A stretch of DNA of 64,000 bases from Octopus sinensis (Eukaryota): contig NC_043008.1 in NCBI RefSeq assembly GCF_006345805.1, positions 36,518,001 to 36,582,000 of the forward strand, read 5' to 3'. The position numbers and the translations under genes are program-made. Below the pieces are notes generated by a model, which saw nothing but the letters and a program-made list of their open reading frames with translations, had not been told where the DNA came from and did not search any database. Below, piece by piece: positions 55,896 through 64,000 of this stretch. Each line of letters begins with the position of its first letter. The first letter of the stretch is position 1.

Positions 55896-55897
<2 letters not shown>
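55667..55897 (+). mobile_element. Diverged retrozyme-like element with decayed hammerhead
   Basis: CGCCCG-TTGACAA-GGGA/TCCT-GAAA-CTA-GTC-CGAGCG followed by sequence collinear with 56870-57020; flanked by (TA)n. Confidence 0.7.
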
Positions 55898-55929
<32 letters not shown>

Positions 55930-56380
55930 GTTTATAAATACATGCACAAATATATGCATACGTGTATATTTCGTAAGGTAATTGGGCCGATTACATCTAA
56001 TTTGAATCACGATTACATAAGATAATCAACGATAATATTTCAACTGTTAATAGGAGAGGCAGAATAATTCGAACGTAGTCCATCGAAATTTACAGGAACT
56101 TTATTCCATAATTCCCTTCCTGCGCTTGTGCGTTTTTATTTTTGTTTCAGTGGGCGTGCGGTTCAGTAGAGAGGTCAATGATGTAGTTTTTGAGGAAGTG
56201 TAACATTGAACTTACCAGAAAAAATGTTCATAAAATCGAGATTCATTTATTGGCTTAAAACTTCCTATATATGTATATTTATTTCTGATTAAAGGTGCGG
56301 TGTGTAACTCAGTACATAGGAGTGACACACAAACACACCCACCATATATTTAGATATATATATATATATATATATATATT

Positions 56381-57033
56381 AAACAATGATAAATCTTAGA
56401 GCGAGTTATAAACAGTAGCGGTAACACATCGTGACGCATATTTGCCATTTGAATATGGCTAATCCCTAAGGGTGGATGCTACTGTAGTTTGTAGCCCCAG
56501 GAAGATATCTCCTCCAGCTGGCTATAGACACACTATCTGTGTCCTCTCAGTATTTGTGAAGGGGAGTCATCCTCCCCGTCTTCAATTCATGATACACACG
56601 GACCCGAGTTTCAAGGTGTTTACCTTTCATCAGCATCCACCCTTAGGGGTTAGCCATATTCAAATGGCAAATATGCGTCACGATGTGTTACCGCTACTGT
56701 TTATAACTCGCTCTGAGATTTATCATTGTTTGATTTCACTTTTTCAATATCAGTGTCAATCGACACTGGAAAAAGTATATGTATTTGTGAAGGGAGCTGA
56801 CTTCTCGTCGACAACCATGATTGTCACACGCTGATGAAAGGTAAACACCTTGAAACTCGGGTCCGTGTGTATCATGAGTTGAAGACGGGGAGGATGACTC
56901 CCCTTCACAAATACTGAGAGGACACAGATAGTGTGTCTATAGCCAGCTGGAGGAGATATCTTCCTGGGGCTACAAACTACAGTAGCATCCACCCTTAGGG
57001 GTTAGCCATATTCAAATGGCAAATATGCGTCAC
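56381..57033 (+). mobile_element. Retrozyme-like (hammerhead-containing, non-coding) retroelement: 352-nt permuted unit plus inverted partial copy
   Basis: 50-bp direct repeat 56632-56681/56984-57033 (period 352). 56381-56634 is the reverse complement of 56830-56983 joined to 56632-56731, with 3 mismatches. Flanked by (TA)n. Confidence 0.8.
56825..56869 (+). ncRNA. Canonical type I hammerhead ribozyme
   Basis: Stem I CACACG/CGUGUG, CUGAUGA, stem II AAGGU-AAAC-ACCUU, GAAA, short near-palindromic stem III ACUCGGGU, GUC cleavage triplet (56861-56863). Confidence 0.9.
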
Positions 57034-57042
57034 TATATATAT

Positions 57043-57172
57043 ATTCCTTTCTATCAAAGAGCGTAGGCTCGAAAGGTAACATACTTTTCCATTTTTCCCG
57101 AGCGTCAAACTAATACACTTGCTTGTTGTTCCTACACCTGTCTTCGTCTTTGTTTTTCTATAAATTTGAACT
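57043..57172 (+). mobile_element. Probable Penelope pLTR remnant with decayed hammerhead
   Basis: TCAAAGA with stem GAGC-GTAG-GCTC then GAAAGGTA; between (TA)n tracts. Confidence 0.4.
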
Positions 57173-57183
57173 ATATATATATA

Positions 57184-57321
<138 letters not shown>

Positions 57322-57508
57322 TATATACATATATACATACATACATATATATGCATATATATTTATATATATATGTATGTATATATAATATATATATACA
57401 TATATGTATAATATAATATATATATATATATATATTTAAGGGTAATGACTATATATACAAAGCGTAAACAAATGTATATGACTTATTTGCACACACACAC
57501 ACATACAC

Positions 57509-57549
<41 letters not shown>

Positions 57550-59367
57550 CTGTATATATATAGAGAGAAAGATAGATAGCTTGATAGATAGAGAGAACAC
57601 TAGTCCTACAGGTAACAATACGCTGTTAGAGACATACCCACATATACATGTACAGATACGCATATGTATTGCAAGTATGCACCAAAACACTGAACCACAC
57701 TTACATATACGCTACACGCACCTCACACATATATGCGTGATTTTCACCCCCCCTGCCCCACCCCAGCCCTGCACAGAACTGTGTTTTGCATTGTGTCTTT
57801 CGAATATTCGTTTGCAAATCGTTTGTATAATAAACACATTTTGATAATTATTTAGTATTGTTTATTCCTTAAATAAAGCAACACATTTTCCTAAAAATGT
57901 ATAGTTACAGAAAAATTACTACGTTGACGCGTTAAATAGAGAAATGTTCAAAATTTATTAGGATACTCTGCATGACACAAAATATATAAATTCACCATGG
58001 CAATTATTATATTGTCGACATAAAACATTTAACATTCTAAGCTGTCGATGCCAATTACGGATGTTTTGTTATGAGTACTCTCAGAATTATGGTGGCCTTA
58101 TCATTACAAATCTGAAATAATCATAATATAACATTGAGAAATATCTACTAATTTCTACCCGACATATTATTACTATTTATTTAGATTGTTTCCAACCTTT
58201 TGATTTCTAATTGGCATTCCTTTCAACTCATCCTCCCGACACACTTTATCATTGTCATTCCTGTTTTGTTTTTCCGTGTATTTCTCCTCCTCTTCCTCCG
58301 CCTCATTGCGGTAGTTGACATCATTAATATCGTCGTCGCTATTGCTGTTGCTTATCCTCAAGTCAGTTTTTGCTTGAGCAGATCTTTGACTCAAAGGTAT
58401 TCTAACCAAGGCCATCTTGTGTTTTGTTTTTAAGATACACAAAACAAAACAAAAAGCAACAAAAAAGACGGTAGTGTCCTTGAATTCTCTTATTTAACAT
58501 TTATTTCCAAATTACATAAAAGTTAAATGTTTTTATTTATGATAACAACTTAAAAAGAAGTACAATTCTGCACATTGACAAAGTCGTTAGAACCGTGGAC
58601 AAAATGTCAGGCTGTATTTATTGCGGCTTCTTGCATTCTCACCAAGGTTAGTATTGCTTTTCATCCTTCAGGAGAGTCCGATATTTCTTCTTCCTTTTCT
58701 TTACATTCTGCATTCAAATCCTACCATAGCCTACTTGTTGCACATAACTCGTCGCTCGTTTTAGCATCAACATTTGACCTTTAGGTACCTGTCATAATGT
58801 GGATCTTCGTCTGCTTGCAGGTTATTGTCGGCACTGTAATATTCTTGTTGCCACTATTATATTGTGGCGGTATTCCCCGTCTTATTATCTTTGACTTGTC
58901 TATCATGCTATCGCTGATAGCTCCACAAGACAATGACTCTAAAACGTCTACCTTGACGGTTACTCAAACTGGTATATATCGCGCAACCGACACTCACTCC
59001 ATCTGAGAACTCGTTCAACGACTCTACTACTACTGACCTCCTACATCGACTGACTGTCTGTTTTTATAGTGGCTGGCACATACCACTTTGTCATGTGGGA
59101 AGGGGAGTACAATTTTCACTACCACAGTAATTTTAACGGAGCTCGCTCTATTGCACGCTGTTCGCCCGTCCCATCAACTACAGAGGGCTCGTGAAGGATC
59201 ACAAGCACTTTGTTTACTTCTCGCTTGAGTTTAAAAGAAAAGACATACACACACACACAGTCACAATCCCAAAACAAAATCATATTAAACACGAATAGCA
59301 CACAAAACATACACACGCACACACATACACGCACAGAGACAGACATACACGCATACACACACAACCC

Positions 59368-60150
59368 AAAGACGGTTCAGGAAAGATTTCAATGATATCC
59401 ACCAACGCGATTTACCTTCACTCGAATTAGAGATAAGATGGAACCGTTCAAAATATCTACAAGAAACGTTCCAGAATTCCGCAGACATCGATGAACCATA
59501 CAAACCGAGGAGGAATGCTAGTAATTTATTGCCAGAGTTCAAGAAAATCTGTGCGGTAAGTCGATAAATAAGAATTTCAAAACCAGGCAACTATTCATTT
59601 TCAAACACTGTCATTGGAAAAGTTATATTCCATGAGCAGCCCATGCTTTCAGTAGAGATGATCTGGACCGAAGGGTATAGTTTTGTGAGTGGTACTTGGC
59701 AAGATGCGTAGAAGATACAATCTTTCAAACAATGATTGTTTGGAGTGATTAGGCTGCATTTCAATTTACTAACTCAGTAAAACTTTACAGTTGCATCTAC
59801 TGGAAACCTGAGAGTCCGCGAGATACAGAAGAACATCATGTTGCTTTACCAGGTTTTACGCTGTGATGGAGCATCTCATCAAAAGGATTAATTGGACAAT
59901 TCTTTTCTGACGCTATTCTGACCGTACCAGTTACTCTTTACTTATTTCAGTCATGTGACTGTGGCCATGCTGGAGCACCGCCTTTAGTCGCGCAAATCGA
60001 CCCCAGGACTTATTCTTTGTAAACCTACTACTTATTTATCGTTCTCTTTTGCCGAACCGCTAAGTTACGGGTCAGCAACGGTTGTCAAGCGATGTTTGGG
60101 GGGACAAACACAGACGCACAAACATATACACACACATACACACACACACG

Positions 60151-60208
<58 letters not shown>

Positions 60209-60747
60209 ATATATACACATATATATGACGGGCTTCTTTCAGTTTCCGTCTACCAAATCCACTCACAAGGCTTTGGTCGGCCCGAGGCTATAGTAGAAGA
60301 CACTTGCCCAAGGTGCCACGCAGTGGGACTGAACCCAAAACTATGATGATTCGTAAGCAAGCTACTTACCACACAGCCACTCTGCAACAATCTGTCAAGT
60401 CAAGCATTCAAGAAGGCTTTCCTGCAAGATGGGGCATCCCCACGCTACCAAAAATAATGTATGTGTCTAGCTTGATGATATTTTCCAAAACAGGAGGATT
60501 GGACAACGGGGTTCAGTAGAATACCCTCCGTGACTTTTTAAATGTGAAATTATAAAACAAAGTCTACTGAACAAATCCGGCAACAGTCAATGAACTGAAA
60601 GCAACCATTAAACGAGGATGCAAACAGTGTTCCTGAAAATTTATGTTCTGTTTGTGGATTCCATTAAGTTTTGAAAATGAAATTCATTTTAATGAACATT
60701 AACTTTATAATCATTGATCGTATGTATACACTTTTGGGGACACGCTA
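59368..60747 (+). mobile_element. Decayed Tc1/mariner transposon (rosa/DD41D-like), split by a SINE
   Basis: PPTRFT, DDLDRRV*FCEW, IVWSD*AAF, CIYW, QDGASPRY, RIGQRGSVEYPP; right terminus CACTTTTGGGGACACGCTATA. Catalytic spacing is not countable because of a deletion. Confidence 0.7.
59932..60382 (-). mobile_element. SINE family A
   Basis: Homology to 1377-1826. Confidence 0.9.
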
Positions 60748-60774
60748 TATATATATATATATATATATACAATA

Positions 60775-60805
<31 letters not shown>

Positions 60806-60810
60806 ATATA

Positions 60811-60856
<46 letters not shown>

Positions 60857-60858
60857 CA

Positions 60859-60890
<32 letters not shown>

Positions 60891-62036
60891 TATATATACA
60901 ATATATATATATTGTATCAACAAATGAACTAGAGAGAGTGATAAAAAGAAGGAAAAGAAAGAGTGAGAGAGAACTTTTTTTTATCTGTGTGTATGTGTAC
61001 GTGTACGTGTGTTTGGTGTGTGTTTGGTGTGTGTTTATGAAACATCCTCAGGCATATTTGATGTACAGTGATAATAACATATGCATTGTCTGATTAAAGT
61101 TTCCTAACCAATAGGATTAATGTATGGTAAGATCATTTCTTTTAGCTTTCATTATGAGCATATTTTTCTCTATTGTTATATTTGTCACTGTAGTGAAGAA
61201 TCATTTTTATCTGGCTTGGTTGTTTTGTTTTGTTTTGTTTTTTGTTTTGACACAAAACTCTAATAATCATATACATCCAACAAGCAAATTAATTACAAAT
61301 TGAAAAAAAACATATATATATATTTCTTCTACGTTGATAAAGACAAAATGGAATTCTCAAAGTGTTAAACGACAATACATGACAAATTTTCTTACAATTT
61401 TGAAAGGATATCCGGTTTACGTGCTACCTCGTTTGGAAAGAGCCGGTATTTCCCTTGTGGCTATGATTATATGTAAATTTCAGATGCCCCGGGGATAAAT
61501 TCATTTATCGTCCTATAAAGATTTGAACGTGAATTTATCATTTTTTAAAAAGATCTCTTTTATACTTCTACTGAGAACTTATTAAACGTCATCAACTATA
61601 TTTCCGCCTACTCTGAAAGATTCTAAAAAAGTATTAAAAATGAATCTGAGAACGAAACTAAAAGTAAACATCACGTAATTACCCTACTAATTATTGAACC
61701 TATTTCAACCAAGTTTGTCTCATTGTCAACAATTTTAATATGTATATATTTCTTCCATTTTATTTTTCAGTTTCAACGTGTTCCTGAGATAAAGATTTTT
61801 TCATGGTTCAGAGCTTCTATGTAAGTTTATATGTAAGTTTTCGTGTTGTAAACAAAGGCTGGGGAATCTGGGCAACGACCATTTCAGACAGTAGTAGACT
61901 GTGCGTATTGAAGCATGCAACAACAGAAGACAATACAAGTTAGGTTCATTAATTTCTTATATGTGGGCGTCTGTATACATATTCATACATATATTACATA
62001 CATATTTATATATATTTGCACAACAAATATTTAAAC

Positions 62037-62147
<111 letters not shown>

Positions 62148-62293
62148 TATACATATGTATGTATAGACATATATGTATCTACGTATATATATGTTTATAT
62201 AAACAAACATGCATATAAATAGGCACATATGCGTAAATATGCATACATATGTATATATATATATGTATGTATGTATGAACGCACACACATGTT

Positions 62294-62342
<49 letters not shown>

Positions 62343-62844
62343 AATATATACATACATATACACACACACCTATAATATGTATATATATATAATATTAAAC
62401 ATAAACAACATTTTATATAACAGTTTCTATGATATACAATTTAAAGTGAAGATGCTGTTCATTTGTAGCATATTCTAAAACTTAAAACTTTAAAATATAT
62501 CATATTTAGCTACGTGTGTGTGTTTATGTATATGCGTATATGCGTGTTTTGCGGGTGAGTGCATGTGTGTGTGCACGCGTGTGTGCACATTTACCAATAC
62601 TGATTAAGAATTAAATACAGAAAACGGGCCGAGGGAGCCCCTACCTGGTCACTCGGCCATTTAGAAATTGCAGACAAACTCTCAAAAATGACAAGTCACC
62701 TTTAAAAAAGAAAGGACATACTGGACATTATAATCCCATACATACACACTCACACACACACACACCACACACACAGACACACACACACTTTTACATAACC
62801 TCGCCTATGAACAAAGGCCATGTTCGAGCAACACCGTTTTATAT

Positions 62845-63245
62845 ATCTTCCTCTCTTTTACTTGTTTCAGTCATTTGACTGCGGCCATGCTGGAGCACCA
62901 CCTTTAGTCTAGCAAATCGACCCCGGGACTTATTCTTTGTAAGCCCAGTACTTATTCTATCGGTCTGTTTTGCCGAACCGCTAAGTAAAGGGGACGTAAG
63001 CACACCAACATCGGTTGTCAAGCAATGCTAGGGAAACAAACACACACACACACACACAAACATATATATATATATACATATATACGACAGGCTTCTTTCA
63101 ATTTCCGTCTACCAAATCCACTCACACGGCATTGGTCGTCCCGGGGCTATAGCAGAAGACACTTGCCCAAGATGCCACGCAGTGGGACTGAGCCCGGAAC
63201 CATGTGGTTGGTTAGCCAGCTACTTACCACACAACCACTCCTGTG
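62845..63245 (-). mobile_element. SINE family A
   Basis: Homology to 1377-1826. Confidence 0.9.
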
Positions 63246-63252
63246 CTATATA

Positions 63253-63308
<56 letters not shown>

Positions 63309-63798
63309 GATACTTGGTTGCCTTATCTGCAACATTTGGTAATATTGTCAAACATTAGTTTACTTTCTACCTGAATATTAATGCATTTTATTCGTGTTCA
63401 AATATTTGTAAGAAATGCATTCGGTCACTCAGCATGTAAATATTTTCCTGCCTTTATTTTTATTGCATATGAAAGCCTTGCTTGTAATATCGCGTAACAT
63501 CGAAAATGTTGGCTTCTATAAACACACAATATCTCTTTCAAACCATATCCAACTGTTTTAAGGGAAAAAACTTTTTGTATAAAATAAAGTCAAAGATATA
63601 TTATACCCGGCAAATAAGATATGCACATCTAGAATACCCTTAAGTTTGCTTGATTAGGCAATAACTCAGTCTAAGCAGCAACAAAAGTAATAATTGCTAA
63701 GACATTAATTTAGTAATATTTTAGATAATATAAATGTGACTCGGGAGAACGACAACGGAACGACGGGAAAACGGGAAATAGTATACACAATGGATACA

Positions 63799-63848
<50 letters not shown>

Positions 63849-63849
<1 letters not shown>

Positions 63850-63970
63850 CAAATATATGGCACACTAAGCATAACAACAATACGAACTTCCAGCCTGTTG
63901 CCTCTTGAGGTCTCTGGGTGAGACTTGGAGCCAACTTGTACAAATATAAAGCAAAAGTCAAACTTAGAAT
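63849..63970 (+). mobile_element. Dong 3' UTR-only insertion in (TAA)n
   Basis: Aligns to 45417-45535 (CAAATATATGGCAC..GTCTCTGGGTG..AACTTGTACAAATA..AGTCAAA). Confidence 0.8.
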
Positions 63971-64000
63971 AATAATAATAATAATAATAATGATGATGAT

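Noticed and set aside
56472-56992. Two near-identical ORFs (MDATVVCSPRK..) on opposite strands
   Set aside because: By-product of the inverted duplication. They are antisense to the hammerhead, start at GTG and show no protein motif.
61771-61820. Possible small exon (TTTTCAG..GTAAGT)
   Set aside because: Splice-like signals alone are common in AT-rich DNA; no partner exons or recognisable protein.

Overview
AT-rich, microsatellite-saturated animal genomic DNA. The repeat repertoire (tRNA-derived SINEs, Dong/R4, CR1-group, RTE, Tx1, Penelope, Tc1/mariner, Helitron) suggests an Octopus-type cephalopod, but that is an inference. I found no convincing host protein-coding gene. Most ORFs in the track are translated microsatellites, and the real coding signal is decayed transposon sequence. 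The most notable signal is non-coding. At 56381-57033 a highly structured, ORF-less 352-nt unit carries a canonical type I hammerhead ribozyme and is integrated as a circularly permuted direct copy plus an inverted copy, as expected for a retrozyme/Penelope-dependent circular-RNA retroelement. A diverged relative lies at 55667-55897, and a two-hairpin module of this RNA recurs with covariation at 24594-24743. Other hammerheads (one intact, several decayed) mark Penelope-like remnants in (TA)n. A SINE and a CR1-group LINE share a 3' stem-loop with compensatory changes, and Dong/R4 copies cluster in (TAA)n. Boundaries of decayed elements are approximate.
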